Assembly: GCA_002269645.1 (NCBI GenBank)
Contig: NIVC01001362.1
Location: 124,001-188,000 of the forward strand
DNA length: 64,000 bases
Direction: 5' to 3'
From: Macrostomum lignano
Taxonomy: Eukaryota
Positions 1-31,744 of the stretch are shown in pieces. The notes below the pieces were generated by a model. It did no database searches. It was not told where the DNA came from and was given only the letters and a program-made list of their open reading frames with translations. The position numbers were made by a program, and so were the translations under genes. Position 1 is the stretch's first letter. The number at the start of each line of letters is the position of its first letter.

Positions 1-311
1 CCTGTGGTTAGCCTGACACACTAAATCTTGCTTTTATCAGCAGCCTGGAATCTAGAGATATTTTAGCGCATTAAACTTCGTATTTTTATCTGGTCCATTT
101 TTCAACCAGTGTACAATTCTGTAAGTTCAGTGTACAGTCCAAGTGTGCGCAAAGTGACTGCAACAGTGCTACGTAGAAAGCATTTCAAATTTGTGTTTTT
201 ATACATGTAAGGCACAAACAGGTTTAAATAGAATTACAGTTTGGCATTTGCACTGGGTCAAGTAATAGCTTTTCTTGAAAGCAGGCCAAACCTTTTAACT
301 AATGGACCAAA

Positions 312-2190
312 TGAGGTATCTTTTTCTAATTGCGATACCATTCGGGGTATCTTTTCTGATTGAGATGCCATCATGAGGGTATCTTTTCTGATTGAGATGC
401 CATCATGAGGCTATCTTTTCTGATTGAGATGCCATCAGGAGGGTATCTTTTCTGATTGAGATGCCATCATGAGGGTATCTTTTCTGATTGAGATGTCATC
501 ACGAGGGTGTCTTTTCTGATTGAGATGCCATCAGGAGGGTATCTTTTCTGATTGAGATGCCATCAGGAGGGTATCTTTTCTGATTGAGATGCCATCATGA
601 GGGTATCTTTTCTGATTGAGATGTCATCACGAGGGTGTCTTTTCTAACTGAGATGTCATTAGTAGGGTATCTTTTCTAATTGAGATGCCATCAGGAGGGT
701 ATCTTTTCTGATTGAGATGTCATCAGAAGGGTATCTTTTCTGATTGAGATGCCATCAGGAGGGTATCTTTTCTGATTGAGATGTCATCAGAAGGGTATCT
801 TTTCTGATTGAGATGCCATCAGGAGGGTGTCTTTTCTGATTGAGATGCCATCAGTAGGGTATATTTTTCTAATTGAGATACCACTCGAGGGTATCTTTTC
901 TGATTGAGATGCCATCAGGAGGTTGTCTTTTCTGATTGAGATGCCATCAGGAGGTTGTCTTTTCTGATTGAGATGCCATCAGGAGGTTGTCTTTTCTGAT
1001 TGAGATGCCATCAGTAGGGTATATTTTTCTAATTGAGATACCATTCGAGGGTATCTTTTCTGAGATTCCATCATGAGGGTATCTTTTCTGATTGAGATGC
1101 CATCATGAGGGTATCTTTTCTGATTGAGATGCCATCATGAGGGTATCTTTTCTGATTGAGATGTCATTACGAGGGTGTCTTTTCTAACTGAGATGTCATT
1201 AGTAGGGTATCTTTTCTAATTGTGATGCCATCAGGAGGGTATCTTTTCTGATTGAGATGTCATCAGAAGGGTATCTTTTCTGATTGAGATGCCATCAGGA
1301 GGGTATCTTTTCTGATTGAGATTTCATCAGGAGGGTGTCTTTTCTGATTGAGATGCCATCAGTAGGGTATATTTTTCTAATTGAGATACCATTCGAGGGT
1401 ATCTTTTCTGATTGAGATGCCATCAGGAGGTTGTCTTTTCTGATTGAGATGCCATCAGTAGGGTATATTTTTCTAATTGAGATGCCATTCGAGGGTATCT
1501 TTTCTGATTGAGATGCCATCAGGAGGTTGTCTTTTCTGATTGAGATGCCATCAGGAGGTTGTCTTTTCTGATTGAGATGCCATCAGTAGGGTATATTTTT
1601 CTAATTGAGATACCATTCGAGGGTATCTTTTCTGATTGAGATGCCATCAGGAGGTTGTCTTTTCTGATTGAGATGCCATCAGGAGGTTGTCTTTTCTGAT
1701 TGAGATGCCATCAGTAGGGTATATTTTTCTAATTGAGATACCATTCGAGGGTATCTTTTCTGATTGAGATGCCATCAGGAGGTTGTCTTTTCTGATTGAG
1801 ATGCCATCAGGAGGTTGTCTTTTCTGATTGAGATGCCATCAGTAGGGTATATTTTTCTAATTGAGATACCATTCGAGGGTATCTTTTCTGATTGAGATGC
1901 CATCAGGAGGTTGTCTTTTCTGATTGAGATGCCATCAGGAGGTTGTCTTTTCTGATTGAGATGCCATCAGGAGGTTGTCTTTTCTGATTGAGATGCCATC
2001 AGGAGGTTGTCTTTTCTGATTGAGATGCCATCAGGAGGGTATCTTTTCTAACTGAGATGCCATCAGGAGGGTATCTTTTCTGATTGAGATGCCATCAGGA
2101 GGGTATCTTTTCTGATTGAGATGCCATCAGGAGGGTATCTTTTCTGATTGAGATGCCATCAGGAGGGTATCTTTTCTGATTGAGATACCA
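312..2190. repeat. 32-bp minisatellite GAGGGTATCTTTTCTGATTGAGATGCCATCAG (probable endophilin intron)
   Basis: Tandem units read directly. Confidence 0.97.
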
Positions 2191-2310
2191 TCGAAGTACA
2201 AGCCTATTTTACGAATGAACATTAAGCACAATCTAGCCACACTTCAGAAGCTACCGTCAATATCTGAAAACTTAAACAAAATAATTTTGAAACGCACCTG
2301 CTTCTTTTAG

Positions 2311-5300
2311 GAGAAGCTCTTGTTGAATGCGGCGACGCATACAAGCAGATGGCGGAGATCAAGTACAACTTGGAGGACGGGGTCAAGCAGAATTTCCTGG
2401 ATCCATTTAACAGCCTGCTGCACCAGGATCTCAAGGAGATTAACGTGAGATTCCTATTTATATTCGGTATCTTCTATCCAGCAGCTTTGGCTATTCTATT
2501 GGGGATCTACCCCAGCCGATTAGGAGTGTGTTATTGGGTATCTCCCCAGCTGTTTAGGAGTATTCTACTGGGTATCCATCCCAGCTGTTTAGGAGTATTC
2601 TACTGGATATCTCCCCAGCTGTTTAGGGGTATTTTACTGGGTATCTCCCTAGCTGTTTAGGAGCATTCTATTGGGTATCTCCCCAGCTGTTTAGGGGTAT
2701 TCTACTGGGTATCTCCCCAGATGTTTAGGAGTATTTTATCGGGTATCTCCCCAGCTGTTTAGGAGTATTCTACTGGGTATCTCCCCAGCTGTTTAGGAGT
2801 ATTCTACTGGATATCCATCCCAGCTGTTTAGGAGTATTCTACTGGGTATCCATCCCAGCTGTTTAGGAGTATTCTACTGGGTATCCATCCCAGCTGTTTA
2901 GGAGTATTCTACTTGATATCCATCCCAGCTGTTTAGGAGTATTCTACTGGGTATCCATCCCAGCTGTTTAGGAGTATTCTACTTGATATCCATCCCAGCT
3001 GTTAGGAGTATTCTACTGGATATCCATCCCAGCTGTTTAGGAGTATTCTACTGGATATCTCCCCAGCTGTTAGGAGTATTCTACTGGGTATCTCCCTAGC
3101 TGTTTAGGAGTATTCTATTGGGTATCTCCCCAGCTGTTTAGGGGTATTCTACTGGGTATCTCCCCAGATGTTTAGGAGTATTCTACTGGGTATCTCCCCA
3201 GCTGTTAGGAGTATTCTACTGGATATCTAAAACTCATATTTCAGCATCATCGCAAGAAGTTGCAAGGCCGCCGGCTAGACTACGACTGCAAGAAAAGAAA
3301 AGGTACACATTAAACTTTTTGTCAGCAAAATTCTAATTTTATTTTCGACTTCTACTTTAAGTAGACAATGCGCATTTTTTCTATCTTTTTTGTTTCAAGG
3401 CTCGGGCAGAGCGCCGGCCGAAGACGATGTGCACGCGGCTGAACAGAAATTTGCCGAGAGCAAATCCTTGACTGAAGGCGCCATGATTAACTTTCTCTCG
3501 TCAGATGTATGTCTGCTGGTGTGCCCTTGGGTCTTTTTGCCTGCACTCAAGTTGTCTGCTTCACACTGCCCGCTCACTGTGTCTAATCTCCCTCGTGTCT
3601 AATCTCCCTCTTGTCTAATCTCCCTCCTGTCTAATCCCTCCTGTCTAATCTCCCTCCTGTCTAATCTCCCTCCTGTCTAATCTCCCTCCTGTCTAATCTC
3701 CCTCCTGTCTAATCCCTCCTGTCTAATCTCCCTCCTGTCTAATCTCCCTCCTGTCTAATCTCCCTCCTGTCTAATCTCTCTCGTGTCTAATCTCCCTCCT
3801 GTCCAATCTCCCTCCTGTCTAATCTCCCTCCTGTCTAATCCCTCCTGTCTAATCTCCCTCCTGTCTAATCTCCCTCCTGTCTAATCTCCCTCCTGTCTAA
3901 TCTCCCTCCTGTCTAATCTCCCTCCTGTCTAATCTCCCTCCTGTCTAATCTCCCTCCTGTCTAATCCCTCCTGTCTAATCTCCCTCCTGTCTAATCTCCC
4001 TCCTGTCTAATCCTCCTTCTGTCTAATCTCCCTTCCTCTCTCCCGCTGCCACCTATCTTATCTCCCTTCCTCTCTCCTACTCCCTCCTGTCTAATCTCTC
4101 TTCCTTTCCCCTCCTCTCTTCCGCTTTCCACCCTCTTTTAGCTCCAATTGCTCTCCTCAAATATGCACTTGAATTGAACTTTACACCGTCAGTCAGAGCA
4201 GGTGTCAGCCCTGTTCGAGCTGGTCAGCGCAGAGCTCGCTTATCACCAGGAGGCCGCCAGGATCCTGTCGGAGGCGCAACAGCGCTTAGAAGAGAAGTAA
4301 GTGTCTGCGATGAGTCTGCAACCTACCACTCTGCAGTCTGCCACACTGCAATCCACCACTGCAGTCTACCACACTGCAATCTAACACACTGCAATCTACC
4401 ACACTGCAATCTACCACACTGCAATCTACCACACCGCAATCTACCACAATGCAATCTATTACACTGCAATCTACCACTCTGCAATCTATTACACTGCAAT
4501 CTACCTCACTGCAATCTACCACACTGCAATCTACCACTCTGCAATCTATTACACTAGATTCTACCACACTGCAATCTACCTCACTGCAATCTACCTCACT
4601 GCAATCTACCTCACTGCAATCTACCTCACTGCAATCTACCTCACTGCAATCTACCACACTGCAATCTACCACACCGCAATCTACCACACTGCAATCTATT
4701 ACACTGCAATCTACCTCACTGCAATCTACCACACTGCAATCTACCTCACTGCAATCTACCTCACTGCAATCTACCTCACTGCAATCTATTACACTGCAAT
4801 CTACCACATTGCAATCTACCTCACTGCAATCTACCACACTGCAATCTATTACACTGCAATCTACCACACTGCAATCTACCACACTGCAATCTACCACATT
4901 GCAATCTACCTCACTGCAATCTACCACACTGCAATCTATTACACTGCAATCTACCACACTGCAATCTACCACTCTGCAATCTATTACACTGCAATCTACC
5001 TCACTGCAATCTACCACACTGCAATCTACCTCACTGCAATCTACCACACTGCAATCTACCACTCTGCAATCTACCACACTGCAATCTACCACATTGCAAT
5101 CTACCTCACTGCAATCTACCACACTGCAATCTATTACACTGCAATCTACCACACTGCAATCTACCACACTGTAATCTACCACACTGCAATCTACCACACT
5201 GCAATCTATTACACTGCAATCTACCACTCTGCAATCTATTACACTGCAATCTACCTCACTGCAATCTACCACACTGCAATCTACCTCACTGCAATCTACC

Positions 5301-7035
5301 ACACTGCAATCTACCTCACTGCAATCTACCTCACTGCAATCTACCACACTGCAATCTACCACACTGCAATCTACCACACTGCAATCTACCACACTGCAAT
5401 CTACCTCACTGCAATCTACCTCACTGCAATCTACCACACTGCAATCTACCACACTGCAATCTACCACACTGCAATCTATTACACTGCAATCTACCACTCT
5501 GCAATCTACCTCACTGCAATCTACCTCACTGCAATCTACCTCACTGCCACTGCAATCTACCTCACTGCAATCTACCACACTGCAATCTACCACTCTGCAA
5601 TCTACCTCACTGCCAGTGCAGTCTACCTTACTGCAATCTACCACACTGCAATCTACCTCACTGCAATCTACCACACTGCAATCTACCACACTGCAATCTA
5701 CCTCACTGCAATCTACCACACTGCAATCTACCACACTGCAATCTACCTCACTGCCACCCCAGGCGGTCCGAGGCTGCCAGCAAGCCCAGGTCGGAGCGGC
5801 CCGCGGCCTCCATCACCGGTCGAACGTCGTCACGCGCTTCGGACACGTGGAAGACCGTCGGCGACGAGGACACCGAAGGTGGCGCTGTTGGAGGCGGCGG
5901 CCCAGCGATCAGCGTCAAACCTAGGCATCAGTCTACTTCGTGTGAGTGTACTGATGTGCTTCTCACCCAGTCTCACTCTCACCCAGTCTCACTCTCACCC
6001 AGTCTACTTCTCACCCTCTCACCCACTCTCCCTCTCGCCCACTCTCCCTCTCACCCACTCTCCCTCTCGCCCACTCTCCCTCTCACCCACTCTCCCTCTC
6101 ACCCACTCACCCACTCTTCCTCTCACCCACTCTCCCTCTCACCCACTCTCCCTTTCACCCACTCTCCCTCTGACCCACTCTCCCTCTGACCCACTCTCCC
6201 TCTGACCCACTCTCCCTCTGACCCACTCTCCCTCTGACCCACTCTCCCTCTGACCCACTCTCCCTCTGACCCACTCTCCCTCTGACCCACTCTCCCACTC
6301 TCCCTCTCGCCCACTCTACCTCTCGCCCACTCTACCTCTCATCCACTCTCCCTCTCTCCCACTCTCCCTCTTGCCCAATTTACCTCTCACCCACTTTCCC
6401 TCTCACCCACTCTCCCTCTCACCCACTCTCCCTCTCGCCCAGTCTCGTCAAAACTTTTATGTGTTAAAAATGCTACGAAAGATGGGAATTTTGTACAGAT
6501 TAAAATCATATGATTCCTCATCCTGTTGCAGCTACTTCGTGTAAGTGTTTTCCTAGTCGAAACCTTCAGAGATAAATGATTATTTATCATTATCTACTAT
6601 AAGTAGGAGCTCGGGTTTTGAACTACTAAATCTATGAATTTCGTGCAATTTCATTATGTTTTTTCAGCCAATATATCCGTCTATCTTTTTTAACTTTGCA
6701 TACATCGCTAAACTTTTTTCAATAAGTCTGCAATCCGCTTTTTGGGCATGATTAAGGCATGATTTATTTTAATGTTAATATATTAGAACTAATTAGTCCG
6801 TTTGAAGCTACTTTTACCTTTAACGGGCCTTGTAACAGTTGGGCGTTGCTAATAGGCGCTTACTTATGTCGGGTGATAATTAACTAGAAGTAGGCAGAGA
6901 GGTTAGGCAGAGAGGAGAGAGTGATAAAGGCGAGAGTAAGAGAGGTGGGAGAGGGAGAGGCGAGAAAGGTGAGATTGAGAGTAGTGAGAGGGAGGGAGAG
7001 AGAGAGGGGGAGAGAGAGAGAGAGAGAGATAGGGA

Positions 7036-7087
<52 letters not shown>

Positions 7088-7110
7088 AGAGAGGGAGAGA
7101 GAGAGAGAGA

Positions 7111-7167
<57 letters not shown>

Positions 7168-7208
7168 GGAGAGGGAGAGAGAGAGAGAGATAGAGAGAGA
7201 GGGGGAGA

Positions 7209-7247
<39 letters not shown>

Positions 7248-7638
7248 GGAGAGGGAGAGAGAGAGAGAGAGAGAGAGAGGAGGTGAGAAAAGCAACTGCA
7301 ATTTCAGTCTGAGGCATCGGTAACCCCAGTCATTGGGGTTTTAGACTTGCAGGCCCTTACAAATCAAAATGACACAAAGATGAAAGTAGTAGAAAAGCAG
7401 CAATAAATTAATATGTCTATGGCTCAATCCCACAGCTACAAAGGCTGCTACGCCCACCTGCCGAGCGCTGTTTGCCTTCACGGCTGACAACAACACTGAG
7501 TTGGCCTTCGACGAGGGTGACGTCATTCAGCTGGTGTCTCGAGTAGACGATAACTGGTACGAAGGCGAGCTAAAAGGCAACAGAGGATTTTTTCCCGTCA
7601 ATTATGTTGACGTGATTGTTCCCCTGCCGGAGGAGTGA
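2311..7638 (+). CDS. EndoA: Endophilin A (N-BAR + SH3), 3' part; upstream exons lie outside the window
   Basis: Hand-spliced exons with GT-AG and consistent phases: 2311-2444, 3245-3302, 3400-3506, 4193-4296, 5763-5941, (optional 6532-6540), 7436-7638. Peptide GEALVECGDAYKQMAEIKYNLEDGVKQNFLDP..HHRKKLQGRRLDYDCKKRK..EQKFAESK..EQVSAL matches the endophilin A BAR domain. Last exon CRALFAF..ELAFDEGDVI..DDNWYEG..GFFPVNYVDVIVPLP is the C-terminal SH3. Confidence 0.93.
2480..3227. repeat. 34-bp minisatellite TATCTCCCCAGCTGTTTAGGAGTATTCTACTGGG
   Basis: Tandem units; endophilin intron 2445-3244. Confidence 0.96.
3578..4030. repeat. 16-bp minisatellite GTCTAATCTCCCTCCT
   Basis: Tandem units; endophilin intron. 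Confidence 0.96.
4318..5756. repeat. 15-bp minisatellite CTGCAATCTACCACA with CTCA/ATTA variants
   Basis: Fills intron 4297-5762 almost completely. Confidence 0.97.
5960..6438. repeat. 16-bp minisatellite CTCTCACCCACTCTCC
   Basis: Tandem units; endophilin intron. Confidence 0.94.
6532..6540 (+). other. Candidate 9-nt in-frame microexon of endophilin A (adds Ser-Thr-Ser)
   Basis: tcctcatcctgttgcAG|CTACTTCGT|GTAAGT; phase 1 on both sides, matching the flanking intron. Confidence 0.55.
6895..7282. repeat. (GA)n microsatellite, imperfect
   Basis: Read directly. Confidence 0.97.
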
Positions 7639-7924
7639 TCGATCGGTTGAATCAATGATTGGTTAATTAATTTATTTATTTATTTATAAATTTCAATTGT
7701 CAATGGTCTGCTTGATAACCGGTTGGTTGGAACATTATTATCAATAATAGTCACACTATATTCGTATTTATATGTCTTATGTCTCATTTTAAACTAATTT
7801 GATTATTAAATCATTAAAGCTCTTCATTCCTAACCCTGTGATTTTTCTGTTTAAATTTTGTAATTTTAAGTTCTTAATTTCTTAGGGTCATTGTTTCTCA
7901 GAATCTATTCAGTACAATATAGAG

Positions 7925-8735
7925 ACCTATTTCTTAGAATCGTCAAGCCCTATTTCTTAGAATCGTCAATTCCTATTTCTTAGAATCGTCAATTCCTACT
8001 TCTTAGAATTGTCAAGTCCTATTTCTTAGAATCAATAAGCCATGTTTCTTAGAATCGTCAATTCATATTTCCTAGAATCGTCGAGTCCTATCTCTTAGAA
8101 TCATCAAGTCCTATTTCTTAGAATCATCAAGTCCTATTTCTTAGAATCATCAAGTCCTATTTCTTAGAATCATCAAGTCCTATTTCTTAGAATCATCAAG
8201 TCCTATTTCTTAGAACTGTTAAGTCCTATTTCTTAGAACTGTCAAGTCCTATTTCTTAGAATCATCAAGTCCTATTTCTTAGAATCATCAAGTCCTATTT
8301 CTTAGAATCATCAAGTCCTATTTCTTAGAATCTTCAAGTCCTATTTCTTAGAATCATCAAGCCCTATTTCTTAGAATCATCAAGTCCTATTTCTTAGAAT
8401 CATCAAGTCCTATTTCTTAGAATCATCAAGTCCTATTTCTTAGAATCTTCAAGTCCTATTTCTTAGAATCATCAAGCCCTATTTCTTAGAATCATCAAGT
8501 CCTATTTCTTAGAATCATCAAGTCCTATTTCTTAGAATCTTCAAGTCCTATTTCTTAGAATCATCAAGCCCTATTTCTTAGAATCATCAAGCCCTATTTC
8601 TTAGAATTATCAAGCCCTATTTCTTAGAATTATCAAGCCCTATTTCTTAGAATCATCAAGTCCTATTTCTTAGAATTATCAAGCCCTATTTCTTAGAATT
8701 ATCAAGCCCTATTTCTTAGAATCATCAAGTCCCAC
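7925..8735. repeat. 23-bp minisatellite CCTATTTCTTAGAATCATCAAGT, downstream of the endophilin stop
   Basis: Tandem units. Confidence 0.96.
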
Positions 8736-8930
8736 TTCTCGTAATAGTCCATTACCAATTAAAACAAAATCAATAGATTTTAAGCAAACATCTTAAAAAT
8801 CCGGTCCAGTAATTCATATTTATTGCTGAGCATAAAATTTCTGCTTCAATTTGTTTATTATTCCGCCATGAAATTGTTGCCGAATGCAAACTAACTACTG
8901 TTAGTAACTGTGACAAAAAGTTTTTATACG

Positions 8931-9944
8931 AATAAAATAGCTTAATGCAAATGTTCTGCTTGCAGCTTTTATATATATTCACTTTCAATAGTCGCTGATT
9001 TGAGTAAGTGCTGTCGCTCTGTACGAATATGTTTTACTTCAGTTGAATAACTTTGCTGCAGAATCTCACATTTAGTTTTTTATTATATCTTGTACTTTTA
9101 TATTGGTTTCTTGCTATCAACATAAAAGAGGCAGAGTCTAGGCCAGACAATAGTAGCCAATAAAAATATTTCATTAAATAACGTTTTATCTTTTTCATTA
9201 AATTTCATTCATAATCGGTTTTTTAGATAAATTTTATCAAATACGTGTACGATTCTTACCTTGCTACTGATTTGAGTAGCAATTAAAGCAAATTTGCTGA
9301 TTTATTTTGTCTATGCTATAAAAATGTTTGTATAATTTTAGTCAATTTATATATGAATAATCAGTGTACACGTTGGAAGCTGCTGAAAATTATAAGCTAT
9401 TCATAAATTTATTTGTTTCTTTTTATTTTAATTTTCTGGCTTTTTATACCAATTTTTAGTAGTATCTTGTTTATTTTCCTGCTACTTTCACAGATCTTAG
9501 TTTCACTAAATATTATAGACGCTATCTATGCAGAGAACAGGGAATTCAGAATCTCATAGCGATTCTCATAAGGAATCTCTTAGCGATTCTCATCCGGAAT
9601 CTCGTAGGGATCCTCATCCGGAATCTCATAGTGATTCTCATCCGGAATCTCAAAGCGATTCTCATCCGGAATCTCGTAGGGATCCTCATCCGGAATCTCA
9701 TAGTGATTCTCATCCGGAATCTCAAAGCGATTCTCATCTGGAATCTCTTAGAGATCTCATTAGATCGTATAAGGTATTCATACGAGCGTACCTTGAATCT
9801 TTTAAGCTTTCTCATTTTGTCAGGAGTATCATAGAGCCGTATGCCATCACCAAAGGTCTCTAATTAGTAAATAAATAAAACATCTTTCAGAGAATTCTTG
9901 CATCTCTGCTTGGTAGAGGCGGCCGCCAGCACTTTCAGCTTGCT
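8931..9944 (+). promoter_or_regulatory. Endophilin poly(A) signal (8931-36) and probable non-coding 5' exons of HSD17B4 (ending at 9003; 9891-9944)
   Basis: AATAAA at 8931; acceptors at 8964-65 and 8990-91; donor GTAAGT at 9004; tttcAG|9891-9944|GTGAGT; acceptor ttattccAG at 11983-84 just before ATG 12012. Confidence 0.45.
9545..9750. repeat. 24-bp minisatellite GATTCTCATCCGGAATCTCATAGT
   Basis: Tandem units. Confidence 0.92.
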
Positions 9945-10207
9945 GTGAGTTTTGAGTCATTCTTTCACACTATTAGATAGTCCAATCTCTATGCTATGAG
10001 CTTATTTGCGCGGTAATTTTGTTCAACTCTTGCCTAGTCCAATAAAAAATAATTTTTATAATAATTAACCGACTCAAATCGACATAATTAAACTTTATGT
10101 TCAGTAAGCTAAACAATTTTGCTTGAATGCGATTCAACTGTCAATGTTTCTTTTGTTAATCTCTGTGCGCTACCTGGTTAGTTTCTGACTAGAATTGTGA
10201 AATTAAG

Positions 10208-11775
10208 GATCCTCCCGGGATTCCCCACTTCAGAATGTCCCCTGGATTCCCCATTTAGGGATCTCTTTGGGATTCCCCACTTCAGAATGTCCCCGGGATT
10301 CCCCATTTAAGAATCTCCTTTGGATTCTCCACTTCAGAATGTCCCCCTGGATTCCCCATTTAAGAATCTCCTTGGGATTCCCCACCAGAATGTCCCCGGG
10401 ATTCCCCATTTAGGAATCTCTTTGGGATTCCCCATTCAAGAATCTCCTTTGGATTCTCCACTTCAGAATGTCCCCTGGATTCCCCATTTAAGAATACCCT
10501 TGGGATTCCCCACTTCAGAATGTCCCCGGGATTCCCCATTTAAGAATCTCCTTTGGATTCTCCACTTCAGATTGTCCCCCTGGATTCCCCATTTAAGAAT
10601 CTCTTTGGGATTCCCCACTTCAGAATATCCCCGAGATTCCCCATTCAAGAATCTCCTTGGGATTCTCCACTTCAGAATGTCCCTGGATTCCCCATTCAAG
10701 AATCTCCTTGGGATTTTCCACTTCAGAATTTCCCCTGGATTCCCTATTCAAGAATCTCCTTGGGATTCCCCACTTCGGAATGTCCCCGGGATTCCCCATT
10801 TAGGGATCTCTTTGGGATTCCCCACTTCAGAATGTCCCTGGATTCCCCATTCAAGAATCTTCTTGGGATTCTCCACTTCAGAATGTCCCCTGGATTCCCC
10901 ATTCAAGAATCTCTTTGGGATTCCCCACTTCAGAATGTCCCCTGGATTCCCCGTTTAAGAATCTCCTTGGGATTCTCCACTTCAGAATGTCCCCGGGATT
11001 CCCCATTTAGGAATCTCCTTGGGATTCTCTACTTCAGAATGTCCCCGAGATTCCCCATTAAAGAATCTCCTTTGGATTCTCCACTTCAGAATGTCCCCTG
11101 GATTCCCCATTCAAAAATCTCCTTGGGATTCCCCACTTCAGAATGTCCCCTGGATTCCCCATTCAAGAATCTCTTTGGGATTCCCCACTTCAGAATGTCC
11201 CCTGGATTCCCCATTCAAGAATCTCCTTGGGATTCCCCACTTCAGAATGTCACCTGGATTCCCCATTTAAGAATCTCCTTGGGATTCTCCACTTCAGAAT
11301 GTCCCCTGGATTCCCCATTCAAGAATCTCCTTGGGATTCTCCACTTCAGAATGTCCCCTGGATTCCCCATTCAAGAATCTCCTTGGGATTCTCCACTTCG
11401 GAATGTCCCCGGGATCCCCATTCAAGAATCTCCTTGGGATTCCCCACTTCGGAATGTCCCCGGGATTCCGCATTTAGGAATCTCTTTGGGATTCCCCACT
11501 TCAGAATGTCCCCTGGATTCCCCATTTAAGAATCTCCTTTGGATTCTCCACTTCAGAATGTCCCCGGGATTCCCCATTCAAGAATCTCTTTGGGATTCCC
11601 CACTTCAGAATATCCCCTGGATTCCCCATTCAAAAATCTCCTTGGGATTCTCCACTTCAGAATGTCCCCTGGATTCCCCATTCAAGAATCTCCTTGGGAT
11701 TCCCCACTTCAGAATGTCACCTGGATTCCCCATTTAAGAATCTCCTTGGGATTCTCCACTTCAGAATATCCCCAT
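10208..11775. repeat. About 52-bp dimeric minisatellite (GGATTCCCCACTTCAGAATGTCCCCT + GGATTCCCCATTTAAGAATCTCCTTG)
   Basis: Alternating related subunits of about 26 bp; probable HSD17B4 5'UTR intron. Confidence 0.95.
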
Positions 11776-12011
11776 TTATGATTTCGTCTAAAACTCACCG
11801 TTTAAGAAACCTTTAGGAATTACCCGCTAAGAATATCTCCCAGATATTTTCTATTTAAAAATCTCGGCAGAATTTTTCGTTTTTGAATCTCCACGGGATT
11901 CCCCATTTAAGAATCTCTATAACTCCATGTAAATAAAGATTCTAAATTTAGATTCCACTGTAAATTGCCCTCCACTTATTCCAGTCCCGAACCCGCTTAG
12001 CAACGGCAGCC

Positions 12012-19715
<7,704 letters not shown>

Positions 19716-19994
19716 ATCGAGTCGAAAACTGAGTCAAATGAGACGCTTAATGCGGTTTAACAAAATCTGTGCGGGGATTTCTGCCATAGACACAATTATC
19801 TGAGTAACTAAACTACTGCCAGTAGGCACCCGTTGGACTTTTCTATAATCAAATTTAGCGACCAAGATTGAAATGACTAGGAATTTTTCTATAATTTATT
19901 TTTCATCTAATTTGTAATCTAAATATCGCATTGTCATTTAATTTTCTAATTTAATTCTTCCTAAGATATTCAAACTATCAAACACACGTGTTAA

Positions 19995-20201
19995 AATAAA
20001 ATTCGAAATCAGTAAAACAAATAAATTGCTTAGTGAAGGATTTTATATGTGCGTTGCATTCTTTTGTTGATTTTTTCTGTATTGATTGTTCTGACAGACA
20101 AGAGATAACATCTAAATGGATTTTTGTTTCCGTGTTGTTTATTTCACCTACTAATAGTAGTATTATAAAGAAGTTTGACAAAAATTGTATCGCTATTGAA
20201 G
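19995..20201 (+). promoter_or_regulatory. HSD17B4 poly(A) signal (19995-20000) followed by a U-rich acceptor (AG at 20096-97) and a probable first TIA1 UTR exon
   Basis: AATAAA..cttttgttgattttttctgtattgattgttctgacAG|ACA..gaag|GTTACA. Confidence 0.5.
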
Positions 20202-20217
20202 GTTACACACTTGATAT

Positions 20218-20948
20218 TTTAGGCTGAGACAGTAGTCACCCACCTGAGAGATTCAGGCTGAGACAGTCACCCACCTGAGAGATTCAGGCTGAGACAGTCA
20301 CCCACCTGAGAGATTCAGGCTGAGACAGTCACCCACCTGAGAGATTCAGGCTGAGACAGTCACCCACCTGAGAGATTCAGGCTGAGACAGTCACCCACCT
20401 GAGAGATTCAGGCTGAGACAGTCGCCCACCTGAGAGATTCAGGCTGAGACAGTTGCACACCTGTAGAGATTCAGGCTGAGACAGTCGCCCACCTGAGAGA
20501 TTCAGGCTGAGACAGTCGCCCACCTGAGAGATTCAGGCTGAGACAGTCGCCCACCTGAGAGATTCAGGCTGAGACAGTTGCACACCTGTAGAGATTCAGG
20601 CTGAGACAGTCGCCCACCTGAGAGATTCAGGCTGAGACAGTCGCCCACCTGAGAGATTCAGGCTGAGACAGTCACACACCTGTAGAGATTCAGGCTGAGA
20701 CAGTCACACACCTGTAGAGATTCAGGCTGAGACAGTAGTCACCCACCTGAGAGATTCAGGCTGAGACAGTCACCCACCTGAGAGATTCAGGCTGAGACAG
20801 TCACCCACCTGAGAGATTCAGGCTGAGACAGTCACCCACCTGAGAGATTCAGGCTGAGACAGTCACCCACCTGAGAGATTCAGGCTGAGACAGTCACCCA
20901 CCTGAGAGATTCAGGCTGAGACAGTCACCCACCTGAGAGATTCAGGCT
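20218..20948. repeat. 31-bp minisatellite AGAGATTCAGGCTGAGACAGTCACCCACCTG
   Basis: Tandem units between HSD17B4 and the TIA1 coding region. Confidence 0.96.
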
Positions 20949-21525
20949 GCCAGTAATTTTTTGTGATATCAAATGAACTCTGGACGCTTTGTGGGATTCA
21001 AATTCAGTCAGCCCAGCTATTTGAATAGAAATCCTGCATTGAATTCATAGGAAAAAATCTCAAAAAAGAGTCAGAGAGCGAGAGAGCATGAGCGGGCGCG
21101 TTGCCGCCATCAGTCGGAGCTCTCAGGTGTGCAGCTCCGGCATATTGGAATGCAGCTCTCCGTAATTGTGTTGTTTTTCTCTCATCGATCTGAATTGAGT
21201 TCCCAAAACTGCCGTGTTGGGTTAAGGCAATAATTCTCCATGTGGGCCTTCGCTATTGGCTGAAATCCCAATACAGCAGGATTTTGATCCCATGCTCTGC
21301 CGCGTTTTCCTCCTGTCATTCCTCTCCCTCTCTGCCCTTTCCGCTCTGAGCTCTCTACCCGACTCTTCTCTCTCCCCCCTTCTATAGTCGCTTAAATTTT
21401 CATGAATTGCCAGCTTGCATGGCAAGTCTAAGGTTCCCGCATGCCCAGAATCTCCCATACCAGTAACTATAGAAACCCTTTGTGATAATAACTGGAATTT
21501 CATCATAGAACCTGCTGTGCCAGCG

Positions 21526-31744
<10,219 letters not shown>

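Noticed and set aside
110-120. 11-nt candidate microexon (tttttcaaccAG|TGTACAATTCT|GTAAGT)
   Set aside because: Not a multiple of 3, and joining it to exon 2311 creates T+GA = stop. It could only be a poison or non-adjacent exon, which cannot be judged without upstream sequence.
285-315. Possible endophilin exon before the first array
   Set aside because: The frame required by exon 2311 contains TGA at 312-314, and there is no BAR similarity.
21088-21126. ATGAGCGGG... as the TIA1 start exon
   Set aside because: It ends in phase 0, but the strong downstream acceptors are out of phase or lead to a stop; only weak AGs (21426, 21432) would fit. Kept as a possible uORF.
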